Source: an uncultured Gammaproteobacteria bacterium
Lineage (GTDB): Bacteria; Pseudomonadota; Gammaproteobacteria; UBA9214
Length of the DNA stretch: 64,000 nucleotides
Reading direction: 5' to 3'
Assembly: GCA_963748215.1 (NCBI GenBank)
Contig: CAVVHS010000009.1
Location: forward strand, 288,001-352,000
Shown: positions 15,521 through 24,607 of the stretch, piece by piece
Position numbering within the stretch: position 1 is the stretch's first letter
Layout of the letters: each line of letters opens with the position of its first letter
The notes under the pieces: generated by a model
Database searches by the model: none
What the model saw: the letters and a program-made list of their open reading frames with translations, nothing else
What the model was told of the DNA's origin: nothing
Translations under genes and position numbers: made by a program

Positions 15521-16813
15521 ATGCAAGTCAGACGATTCACTGCACTGTTGCTGTTATTGCTCATCACCGGTCCGGCGCACAGCGCGCTCACCATCGAGAT
15601 CACCCAGGGTGTGGAGGGCGCGGTGCCGATCGCCGTGGTGCCGTTCGGCTGGGCGGCGGCCGGGCCGGCCCCCGAGAACATCTCCGCCATTATCGGCGCC
15701 GACCTCGACCGCAGCGGGCGCTTCGAATCGCTGCCGGACCGTGACCTGGTGGCGCACCCGACCGAGGCCACGCAGGTGCAGTACCAGAACTGGCGCATGG
15801 TGAACGTCGACTACCTGGTGATCGGCAAGATCACGCCGACCGGTGGCGGTAACTACGAGGTGCAGTTCCAGCTGTTCGACGTATTCCGTGGCAAACAGCT
15901 GATCGGCTACAGTTTCCCGACTGCGCAGGGCGACCTCAGGCGCGTGGCGCACCACATCAGCGATCTCATCTACAAGGCGATCACCGGCGAGCGCGGCGCA
16001 TTCAACACCCAGGTGGCCTACGTCACCACCAGCGGCAGCGGCAAGAACAAGACCTACACCCTGCTGGTGGCCGACTCGGACGGCTATAACCCGCAGACCA
16101 TCCTGAGCTCGCAGCAGCCGCTGATGTCGCCGTCGTGGTCGCCGGACGCGCGCCGCGTGGCCTACGTGACATTCGAAAACAAGACCGCCGAGATCTACAC
16201 CCAGGAGATCGGCACCGGCGCGCGCCGCAAGCTCGCCTCGTTCAAGGGCATTAACGGCGCGCCATCCTGGTCGCCGGACGGCCGGCGCCTGGCGCTGACG
16301 CTGTCCCGTGACGGCAACCCGGAGATCTACGTCATGGAGGTGAACGGTGGCAACCTGCGGCGACTGACCAGCAACGCCGCCATCGACACCGAGCCGACCT
16401 GGATGCCGGACGGCAATAGCATCGTGTTCACCTCTGACCGCGGCGGCTCGGCGCAGCTGTACCGCATGCCGGCCTCGGGCGGGGCGGCGCAGCGCCTGAC
16501 CTTCGAGGGAAAATACAATGCCGGTGCTGATGTCTCGCCGGACGGGAGTAAAATCGCGCTGGTACACGGTGAGGGCGGTCGTTACCGGATTGCCGTGTAT
16601 GACCTGCAGACGCGGCGCATGCGCATTCTGACCGACGGCAGCCTGGACGAATCCCCCAGTTTCGCACCCAACGGCAGTATGATTATCTATGCCACCAGCG
16701 CCGGCAACCGCGAGGTGCTGGCCGCGGTGTCGGTGGACGGGCGCTTCAAGCAGCGCCTGACGCTGCAGGCAGGCAACGTGCGCGAACCGGTGTGGTCCCC
16801 GTTCGCGGATTAA
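15521..16813 (+). CDS. tolB: Tol-Pal beta-propeller protein TolB
   Basis: [11 protein letters not shown]40 repeats [24 protein letters not shown]. Confidence 0.96.
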   Translation: MQVRRFTALLLLLLITGPAHSALTIEITQGVEGAVPIAVVPFGWAAAGPAPENISAIIGADLDRSGRFESLPDRDLVAHPTEATQVQYQNWRMVNVDYLVIGKITPTGGGNYEVQFQLFDVFRGKQLIGYSFPTAQGDLRRVAHHISDLIYKAITGERGAFNTQVAYVTTSGSGKNKTYTLLVADSDGYNPQTILSSQQPLMSPSWSPDARRVAYVTFENKTAEIYTQEIGTGARRKLASFKGINGAPSWSPDGRRLALTLSRDGNPEIYVMEVNGGNLRRLTSNAAIDTEPTWMPDGNSIVFTSDRGGSAQLYRMPASGGAAQRLTFEGKYNAGADVSPDGSKIALVHGEGGRYRIAVYDLQTRRMRILTDGSLDESPSFAPNGSMIIYATSAGNREVLAAVSVDGRFKQRLTLQAGNVREPVWSPFAD

Positions 16814-16818
16814 TAAAT

Positions 16819-16867
16819 TGCAGGGTGCGCTCTGCGCACCATAGCCGGTGCGTGAAACGCACCCTGC
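16819..16867. repeat. Inverted REP pair
   Basis: GCAGGGTGCG...CGCACC / GGTGCG...CGCACCCTGC, same family as 1393 and 19626. Confidence 0.7.
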
Positions 16868-16968
16868 ATTCCAACCCCCTCACCCTGGGGGAGAAGGGGT
16901 ATGTGGCAGCAGAGAATTTGCACATGGTTTTTAATTCACTTGATGGGTATTAACCCGGGAGCAATGCA

Positions 16969-17493
16969 ATGATGTACAAGATGAGCAAGTTGTTGGTCGT
17001 GATGCTGGTGGCGGTACTGGTCGGCTGCAGTTCCAAGGGCGGGCCGCAGGGCGGTGCCTCGGTCGAAGACCGCAGCATGGGTGCCGAGGGTGGTGTCGCG
17101 ACCAGCGGTGCGGCCGGTGCGAGCAGTTTCGACAGCTATTCACTGAATGATCCTAACAGTCCGCTGGCGCGCCGCGTGATCTACTTCGATTACGACAGCG
17201 CCGAGATCACCGCGGCCGACCAGGATACGTTGCTGGCGCACGCGTCCTACCTGGCCGCCAATCCGGGCCAGTACATCGCGCTGGAAGGCAATACCGATGA
17301 GCGTGGTTCTCGCGAGTACAACATCGCACTGGGCGACCGCCGCGCACTGTCGGTGCAGCGCGTGCTGGAGCTGAACGGCGTCGGTGCCGGCCAGGTGTCC
17401 GTGGTGAGTTACGGTGAGGAGAAGCCGGCCGCCGAAGGTCACAGTGAGGCCGCCTGGCGTCTGAACCGTCGCGTCGAGATCGTTTATCAGTGA
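16969..17493 (+). CDS. pal: Peptidoglycan-associated lipoprotein Pal
   Basis: Lipobox LVGC, IYFDYDS, EGNTDERGSREYNIALG. Confidence 0.96.
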   Translation: MMYKMSKLLVVMLVAVLVGCSSKGGPQGGASVEDRSMGAEGGVATSGAAGASSFDSYSLNDPNSPLARRVIYFDYDSAEITAADQDTLLAHASYLAANPGQYIALEGNTDERGSREYNIALGDRRALSVQRVLELNGVGAGQVSVVSYGEEKPAAEGHSEAAWRLNRRVEIVYQ

Positions 17494-18335
17494 TGATCGT
17501 AGAGCGCAACAAGCTAATGAAGTCCCTGGCAGTGGCGGCCGTGCTGATGGCCGCCGCCGCTGGTGGTTCACCCGTGCTGGCCGCCTCGGTGCAGGATCGG
17601 CTCGACAACATCGAGCGCAAGCTGGACGCGCGCGGGCTGGTCGACATGCTGAACCGCATTGACCAGTTGCAGCGCGATCTACGGCAGCTGCGCGGCACCC
17701 TCGAGCTGCAGGCCAACACGATGGAAGACATCAAGCGCCAGCAGCGCGAGCAGTACATGGACATCGACCGCCGCCTGTTGCAACTCGAAACCGGACAGGC
17801 CGGCGTACTGCCGGGTGCGATGCCCGGCGACGGCGGTGGCATGGCGCCGGTGCTGATGCCGCCAGCCGGTACGCCACCCATGGTCAGTGCGCCACCGGCC
17901 AGTGCACCACCGGTCAGTGCACCGCCGGCGGCGGCACCGGTCGATCCGGCGCTGGCCCAGGCCGAGTACGATACCGCGCTGGCGGTCCTGCGCGAGGGAC
18001 GTTACGCGGACGCCGCGCTGGCGTTCAAGCAGTTCCTCAATAACCACCCGGGCAGCTCGCTCGCAGACAATGCGAACTACTGGCTGGGCGAGACCTACTA
18101 TGTTACGCGTGACTTCGACCAGGCCATGGCCACGTTCAGTGGGCTGGTGACGAACTACCCGCAAAGCCCGAAGGTCGCCGACAGTCGCCTGAAGCTGGGT
18201 TTTATCTACTTCGAGAAAGCGGACTGGAAGAAGGCCCGCGCCGAACTCGAGGGCGTGGTGAGCGCATTCCCGGCCTCGACCGCGGCCCGCCTCGCCAACG
18301 ACCGTCTCGCGCGCATGAAGAAGGAAGGTCACTGA
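17493..18335 (+). CDS. cpoB: Cell division coordinator CpoB (YbgF)
   Basis: Coiled coil plus TPR (NANYWLGETYY); ATG overlaps pal TGA. Confidence 0.93.
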   Translation: MIVERNKLMKSLAVAAVLMAAAAGGSPVLAASVQDRLDNIERKLDARGLVDMLNRIDQLQRDLRQLRGTLELQANTMEDIKRQQREQYMDIDRRLLQLETGQAGVLPGAMPGDGGGMAPVLMPPAGTPPMVSAPPASAPPVSAPPAAAPVDPALAQAEYDTALAVLREGRYADAALAFKQFLNNHPGSSLADNANYWLGETYYVTRDFDQAMATFSGLVTNYPQSPKVADSRLKLGFIYFEKADWKKARAELEGVVSAFPASTAARLANDRLARMKKEGH

Positions 18336-18440
18336 GGGCGAGCGGTGTAAATCAATATCGCGCTTGAGAAGCGCTCCTGCAAAACCGGTTTACTCTGCAG
18401 GTACGGCGTCCATCCACAATACCTGTCCCAACCGAACCTT

Positions 18441-18780
18441 GTAGGAGCGGATCTCATCCGCGACAAACACTCCCGCCCGATCCTGCAGGAGTAACGCAGG
18501 ATAAGGTGAGCTCGCAAACCGCATCAATCGAAGTCGGCTTGCCTGTTGAAGAGGATGCTATCCGCGAATGGTCCTCGCGCAGATACGCAGAGCCGCAGAG
18601 AAGACAAATCATGGCGTGGGTTGAGTGTCAGAGACAAAATCGCCGGGAGTGATTTTGAGAACCGCAGGTTGGCCCAAAGGGCGTAGGCCATGGATGGGCT
18701 CCGCAAACCCGGGTTTCACTCCGTTCAATCCAGGCTACCCGCTGAAAATAGCTCGCACAAAGACGCCAGGGCACGAAGAA
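18441..18780. repeat. Intergenic REP mosaic containing a multi-hairpin insert
   Basis: GTAGGAGCGGATCTCATCCGCGA at 18441; reverse GTAG-REP CCCGGGTTTCACTCCGTTCAATCCAGGCTAC ~18708-18738; GAGACAAAATCGCCGGGAGTGATTTTG...GCCCAAAGGGC ~18631-18682. Confidence 0.65.
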
Positions 18781-18968
18781 AACCAGGGGTATCTGCAGGA
18801 GCAGGCCGCGTCAACGATCTTTGTGTTCAAAAAAGACCGCGCAATATACAGGGATGAATCCCGTAATCCCGCCCAATACCCTGACGGCGTGATAAACCCC
18901 GGCTGCAAGGCCTGATAGAATCCCCGCTCCGTGTACCACCTTGCGACTAACCCTGCTGCCCGAATCCC

Positions 18969-19619
18969 ATGATCGAAGCCCCGCGCCTGCGCATCACCGA
19001 GATCTTCCATTCCCTGCAGGGGGAATCGGCGACCATCGGCTACCCCACGGTATTTGTGCGCCTGACCGGCTGCCCGCTGCGTTGCGGCTACTGCGATACC
19101 GAATACGCCTTCCAGGGCGGTGAGTGGATGTCGCTCGACAATATCATCGCGCGGGTGCGGCAATACCGCACCCGCTACGTCACCGTCACCGGCGGCGAGC
19201 CGCTGGCGCAGAGGAACTGCCTGCCGTTGCTGCAACGCCTGTGTGATGACGGCTACCACGTGTCGCTGGAAACCAGCGGTGCACTGGACGTGTCCGGTGT
19301 CGACCCGCGCGTGATCAAGGTCATCGACCTGAAGACGCCGGGTTCCGGCGAGGTGGAACGCAACCTGTACGAAAACATGAACCGGCTGCTTGCCCACGAC
19401 CAGGTCAAGTTCGTCATCTGCGACCGCGCCGACTTCGACTGGTCGGTGGAGATGATGAAACGTTACGATCTCGTCAATCGCTGCGAGGTCGTGTTCTCGC
19501 CGAGCTTCGGCCAGCAGGATGCGACCGAACTCGCCGACTGGATCCTCGCCGAACAGCTGCCGGTGCGCATGCAGGTGCAGCTGCACAAATACTTGTGGGG
19601 TGAGGCGCCGGGGCGCTGA
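18969..19619 (+). CDS. queE: 7-carboxy-7-deazaguanine synthase QueE (radical SAM)
   Basis: EIFHSLQGE, CPLRCGYCDT, TGGEPL, QVQLHK. Confidence 0.95.
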   Translation: MIEAPRLRITEIFHSLQGESATIGYPTVFVRLTGCPLRCGYCDTEYAFQGGEWMSLDNIIARVRQYRTRYVTVTGGEPLAQRNCLPLLQRLCDDGYHVSLETSGALDVSGVDPRVIKVIDLKTPGSGEVERNLYENMNRLLAHDQVKFVICDRADFDWSVEMMKRYDLVNRCEVVFSPSFGQQDATELADWILAEQLPVRMQVQLHKYLWGEAPGR

Positions 19620-19625
19620 TTGGCT

Positions 19626-20038
19626 GTAGGGTGTTTTTTACGTACCGGGAAAGTCTGTAGGGTGCGTTTCACGCACCAGGGTTGGTGCACGGAGTGCACC
19701 CTACGAAAATGGTTGGCCACGGAACCACATCGAATAACGCGGGATAAATCGCGCATATAGGGTGCGTTTTACGCACCGGGGATGTCTGTGGTGTGCTTTT
19801 CGCGCACCAGGATCGGTGCACGGAGTGCACCCTACGAAAATGGTTGGCCACGGAACCACATCGAATAACGCGGGATAAATCGCGCATGTAGGGTGCGTTT
19901 TACGCACCGGGGATGTCTGTGGTGTGCTTTTCACGCACCAGCATCGGTGCACGGAGTGCACCCTACGAAAACATTGGCCACAGAACCACATGGAATAACG
20001 CGGAATAAATCGCGCATGTAGGGTGCGTTTTACGCACC
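19626..20038. repeat. Tandem ~131-bp REP-containing repeat, three full units plus a partial one (BIME/REPIN-like)
   Basis: Unit starts at 19626, 19757, 19888, 20018; each unit has a GTAGGGTGCGTTTTACGCACC-type REP, the inverted GGTGCACGGAGTGCACCCTAC, and a GGCCACGGAACCACATCGAATAACGCG-type tail. Confidence 0.9.
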
Positions 20039-20138
20039 ATGTATGCTGACGGACGTCGACATGGTCCGCGCGCAAACACATCCTGTATCATTGCCCCATG
20101 CCTGTATGCACTATTACAACTCACTGGACTCGCCTGCA

Positions 20139-20807
20139 ATGAAACCGAAGGCCGTGGTACTGCTCTCCGGCGGGCTTGACTCCGTCACCGTGCTGGCCCT
20201 GGCGCAGCAGCAGGGCTTCGAATGCCATGCACTGAGCCTCGACTACGGCCAGCGCCACGACGCCGAGCTCGCGGCGGCGAAGCGCATTGCCGCCAAGGCC
20301 GGCGTGGAGCACAAGGTTGTCCCCATCGGGCTCGATGTCATTGGTGGTTCGGCACTGACCGACGACGCCATCGCCGTGCCCTTGCAGGCCAGCGAGGGCA
20401 TCCCGGTGACCTACGTGCCGGCGCGCAATACCGTGTTCCTGTCACTGGCGCTGGGCTGGGCCGAGGTGCTCGGCGCCTGGGACGTCTTCATCGGCGTGAA
20501 TGCCGTCGACTACTCCGGCTACCCTGACTGCCGGCCCGAGTACATCGCCGCCTTCGAAACGCTCGCACAGCTGGCGACAAAAGGCGGTGTCGAGGGTGGA
20601 ACCTTCAAAATCCACACGCCCCTGATCGAACTGAGCAAGGCCGAGATCATAAAGACCGGCCTGCGCCTGGGTGTGGATTACACCGACACCGTGTCCTGCT
20701 ATGCCGCGAATGCGCAGGGCCGTGCCTGCGGCAAGTGCGATGCCTGCCGCCTGCGCGCGGCCGGCTTCCGGGCCGCCGGCGTCGCCGACCCCACGCGCTA
20801 CCGGTAA
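20139..20807 (+). CDS. queC: 7-cyano-7-deazaguanine synthase QueC
   Basis: [37 protein letters not shown]. Confidence 0.96.
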   Translation: MKPKAVVLLSGGLDSVTVLALAQQQGFECHALSLDYGQRHDAELAAAKRIAAKAGVEHKVVPIGLDVIGGSALTDDAIAVPLQASEGIPVTYVPARNTVFLSLALGWAEVLGAWDVFIGVNAVDYSGYPDCRPEYIAAFETLAQLATKGGVEGGTFKIHTPLIELSKAEIIKTGLRLGVDYTDTVSCYAANAQGRACGKCDACRLRAAGFRAAGVADPTRYR

Positions 20808-20809
20808 AC

Positions 20810-20927
20810 CAGAGGAACCTCTGGTTAATTCACTCATCGTCATCCCGGCGCATGCCGGGATCCAGTGTTTTCGATAACCTGGATGCCGGCCTTCGCCGGC
20901 ATGACGAATTAAGTCAGAGATTCCCTA
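20810..20927. mobile_element. MITE/REP-like palindromic element
   Basis: Ends CAGAGGAACCTCTGGTTAATT / AATTAAGTCAGAGATTCCCTA; internal GTCATCCCGGCGCATGCCGGGATCCAG...CTGGATGCCGGCCTTCGCCGGCATGAC; relative at 45051-45185. Confidence 0.75.
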
Positions 20928-21199
20928 AAAAACGCGCATTGGGCGCAGCTATAGGAGCCCATCGCATGCGCGAACAATGTCGCCGATTCGTTCGTGGACG
21001 CGGTCCGCTCCTACAAGCGTCGATCAGCTGGCACATGCCCGCATTACCCGATACACTTTCCCCCTGGTATCAAACCCATAACACCCGCACCCGACGCGCC
21101 GACGGTCCAACCCCGGGCAGAGGGGCGCACGACAACACAAATACGGGTGCGGCCGGTTCGGCCGGCAGCGCGCATGCCAGTCACCCGCGGGAGCGCAGC

Positions 21200-22464
21200 A
21201 TGACATTCGAATCCTTCATCGAGGCCCAATCGTTCTTTTTATGGTCGACGTTTATCATTGCGCTGATCATGGGCGCCATCGTCAACAAGACCAACTTCTG
21301 TACTATGGGCGCGGTGTCCGACCTGGTGAACATCGGCGACTCGGGCCGCTTCCGCGCCTGGCTGCTGGCGATCGCCGTGGCCGTGCTTGGCGTGGTGGTG
21401 CTTGAACACTACGGATTCGCACAGCCCGGCAAGGCGTTCCCGCCGTACCGCGCCGGGCAACTGGCCTGGGCCGAGAATATCCTCGGCGGCGTGCTGTTCG
21501 GCATCGGCATGACGCTGGCCAGCGGCTGCGGCAACAAGTGCCTGATCCGAATCGGCGGCGGCAACCTCAAGTCGATCATGGTGATGATCGTGATCGGCGT
21601 GATCGCATACTTCATGATCAACCCGTTCCCGGGCAGCGACCAGACGCTTTACACCGTGCTGTTCTACAAGTGGCTCAGCCCGCTCGCCGTGAACGTCGGT
21701 GCCAGCCAGGATCTCGGTGCGCTGGTGAGCGCGGAGTCGAACGGCCATGGCGCGGCTGATCATCGGTGGCGTGCTCGGCCTGCTGCTGCTGGTCATCGTG
21801 TTCAAATCTGCTGAATTCCGCGCAAGCGTCGGACAACATCCTCGGCGGGCTGGCAGTCGGGCTGGCCGTGCTGGGCGCCTGGTACGTGACCAGCAACATC
21901 CAGATCGATGCCGACGGTGAGCTGATGTCGTTGAGTGGTTACTATGACCAGTGGGACATGTACGCGGACTCGAACGAGGGCAAGCCCAGCCAGGGCCGGC
22001 CACTCAGCCCGCAGTCGTTCACCTTCATCAGCCCGATGGGCCAGACCGTCGGCTACGCCGCCGGCAAGTTCAATCCCTCCCTGCTGACCTTCGGCGTGAT
22101 GGCGTTCCTCGGTGTGCTGGGCGGCTCGCTGTTGTGGTCGCTACTGAGCCGCAGCTTCCGCATCGAATGGTTCAGCTCGTTCGGCGATTTCGTCAACCAC
22201 CTGGTCGGCGCCATCCTGATGGGCTTCGGCGGCGTGCTCGCACTCGGCTGCACCATAGGTCAGGGAATCACAGGCATCTCGACGCTGGCGCTCGGTTCGT
22301 TCCTGACCTTCGGCGCCATCGTGCTGGGCAGCGCGCTGACCATGAAGGTGCAGTACTACCGCATGGTGTACGAGGCGGAGGCCGGCTTTGGCAAGGCACT
22401 GGTGGCCTCGCTGGCGGATATGCACCTGCTGCCCGACGGCCTGCGAAGGCTCGACAAGGTCTAG
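21200..22464 (+). CDS. YeeE/YedE (TsuA-like) sulfur-compound transporter; apparent frameshifts near 21740-21830
   Basis: KTNFCTMGAV, FGIGMTLASGCG and MGFGGVLALGCTIGQG motifs split across ORFs 20735-21814 and 21766-22464. Confidence 0.88.
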
Positions 22465-22495
22465 CTGCAAATCAACGACTTGGCAGGCCCGGGGC

Positions 22496-22523
22496 TTGCC
22501 ATTTCAGGGGGGCAGGGTATGAT
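22496..22523 (+). promoter_or_regulatory. Sigma70-type promoter of tRNA-Lys
   Basis: TTGCCA-16 bp-TATGAT followed by a GC-rich discriminator. Confidence 0.6.
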
Positions 22524-22570
22524 GCCAGCGTCCTGTTCAGGACGCCCATCGACGCACGTCAATCGAATAC

Positions 22571-22646
22571 GGGTCGTTAGCTCAGTTGGTAGAGCACCGG
22601 ACTTTTAATCCGATGGTCGTTGGTTCGAATCCAACACGACCCACCA
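22571..22646 (+). tRNA. tRNA-Lys(TTT), intact; integration target
   Basis: 76 nt GGGTCGTTAGCTCAGTTGGTAGAGC...CTTTTAA...GGTTCGAATCC...CGACCCACCA; cloverleaf; encoded CCA. Confidence 0.97.
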
Positions 22647-22689
22647 TTAAATCAATCAGTTACCTCTGATTTTCCAAATCAGTAAAAAC

Positions 22690-22947
22690 TGATTGTGGGG
22701 ATTTTGCGGGGATTAACCGTAAACCTTCCTCGTTGGTAAAATTTCGCCTGTAATAAAATCAATTGGTTGCACGTTAGTAACAGACTCGAACCGTTATTCT
22801 CTGGACCAAAAATCCGATGCTCGTATAAACACGCAGATGTTGTGAAAAATGCATGAGTTTTATCTCGAACTCCATGACATGCATGTATAGATCAATGACT
22901 GTGGTACAGATATGTAACCCGCCATTCAATGCTTAACCACTATCGCT
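22690..22947. repeat. Conserved island left-end block (258 bp, identical to 30066-30323; diverged shorter copies after 40389 and 47216)
   Basis: Direct comparison; contains TGTGGGGATTTTGCGGGGA and IHF consensus AATCAATTGGTTG. Confidence 0.92.
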
Positions 22948-22961
22948 GGAGGAGAGCCTGT

Positions 22962-23390
22962 ATGAAGAAGATCAAGGAGGTTTTGGATGCCAAGGGTCGT
23001 GATGTACTGTCGATTGCCCCGGAGGCCTCTGTATACGAAGCCGTCACTCTCATGGCCGAGCGGGGAGTCGGGGCGCTGCTGGTGATGGAGGGTGACAGGT
23101 TCGTCGGCCTGGTTGGCGAAAGGGATTGTCTGTTGAAGGTGATGCTGGAAGACCGATCCCCGCGAGAGACCGAGGTCAAACAATTAATGGCGAAAAATAT
23201 TCTCTGCGTCAAACCCGAGCAGACGGTGGAGGAAGGGATGGCCTTGATGACCGATAAAAGAATCCGCCATCTACCGGTCGTCAAAGGAGATCGGGTGGAA
23301 GGCATCATTTCCATCGGTGACCTGGTCAAGGCGATTATTGCCGACCAGCAGTTTGTGATTAAACAGCTGGAACACTACGTCACCAGCTGA
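22962..23390 (+). CDS. CBS domain-containing protein
   Basis: RBS GGAGG; two CBS repeats, RIRHLPVV, IISIGDLVK. Confidence 0.9.
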   Translation: MKKIKEVLDAKGRDVLSIAPEASVYEAVTLMAERGVGALLVMEGDRFVGLVGERDCLLKVMLEDRSPRETEVKQLMAKNILCVKPEQTVEEGMALMTDKRIRHLPVVKGDRVEGIISIGDLVKAIIADQQFVIKQLEHYVTS

Positions 23391-23495
23391 CTCAAGGCTG
23401 AACGCGCTCTAAAGCCGTACATGTCCGGGTTCGATGCCTGGAAAAAGCAATGCCGAGGCTGCCATCACCGTGACCACGGCCAGGAACACCAGCAG

Positions 23496-24605
23496 CTAAC
23501 GGTTACCGGCGTAGCCGCTGAGTTCCAGGTAACCTCTGCCAGTGTGACTGCCGGATACATCGACCGCGCCTTCCCAGTAACGCACGCTGTGATCCATCTG
23601 CTGATCATCAAGCAATGCCTGGACTTCAAGATCCAGCTGAAACCCGTCCACCTGCAGGCGCCAGCTAACCGGATAGCGCGCACCGTCTTCGGCCTGCCAG
23701 TAACGCAAGGGTGTGAGCTTTACCTGGTCGGGCAGCAGGGTGCGAACGCCGCCGTCTTTTTCCACCAGGCTGCCACGGCTGAACGGGTGCGCCTCGCCCT
23801 GCTTGTTGCGCAGCTGGTAGTACATCACCTCTCGGCCATCATCCAGTTGCAGGGCAAACCAGTCCCATCCGGCCTGGGTCCTGTCAAGCGCGGAGCTGGA
23901 CCACTCGTGATCCATCCACGAATCGCCCTGCACGGTGTAAACCGTATCGCCAGTGCGCAGCTCGCCGCGTGTCGGCAGACGCGTAAAAGAATAGTAGTAA
24001 GAGGCATTGCCGGGTGTTGCACTTTTGCGCGACAAGCCGTGATCGCCCTGCAGGACCAGTGGCTTGTCGCCTGACTGCAGTTGCAGCGAAAAACCGGTGT
24101 CCTCGTTCTGCGCCGATACGGTCAACGGAAACAGGCCGGTATCCGCATGCATCGACCAGGGCCCCAGCCACACTTCATACGGCGCTACGCGGGCGCCGGC
24201 GAGGCCTGCCGCCGCGCGTGCAAAACGTTCGGCCGAATAATGCCTGGCTTCGTCGATGTCGCTGATCGCCATGTGCCCCATGTAGATCTGGTTGGTTCGC
24301 CACATCGAATCCTTTACAGGTTCCCCGGGGCGCAGCCCGACACGAAACAGCGTGAACTGGTAACCGAACCGACGCCCGCTTTCACTCTGCAGATTACCTG
24401 TCAGGTACCACCACTCGGTGGCGAATTCGGGATGTGCGCCGTGATCCTGCGGGAACTGGAAATCCCGTGGTTCAAGCGCACGCGCAAAACCGGGATCAGG
24501 TTCCGCTCCCAGCACCTGGTCCACGCGCACCATCGGCGCGGTTGCCGGCGGCCCTGTTTCGCAGGCCGATACAAGCAACGCCAGCAACAGCAGCAGGCAG
24601 CGCAC
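23496..24605 (-). CDS. AttH/CrtC-like lipocalin-domain lipoprotein
   Basis: Lipobox LVSAC, FPQDHGAHPEFATEWWYLTGNL, SWMDHEWSS, YWEGAV. Confidence 0.85.
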   Translation of the reverse strand: MRCLLLLLALLVSACETGPPATAPMVRVDQVLGAEPDPGFARALEPRDFQFPQDHGAHPEFATEWWYLTGNLQSESGRRFGYQFTLFRVGLRPGEPVKDSMWRTNQIYMGHMAISDIDEARHYSAERFARAAAGLAGARVAPYEVWLGPWSMHADTGLFPLTVSAQNEDTGFSLQLQSGDKPLVLQGDHGLSRKSATPGNASYYYSFTRLPTRGELRTGDTVYTVQGDSWMDHEWSSSALDRTQAGWDWFALQLDDGREVMYYQLRNKQGEAHPFSRGSLVEKDGGVRTLLPDQVKLTPLRYWQAEDGARYPVSWRLQVDGFQLDLEVQALLDDQQMDHSVRYWEGAVDVSGSHTGRGYLELSGYAGNR

Positions 24606-24607
24606 TG

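Noticed and set aside
19626-20038. CRISPR array
   Set aside because: Whole 131-bp units repeat with no unique spacers, no cas genes are nearby, and the units consist of REP palindromes found elsewhere.
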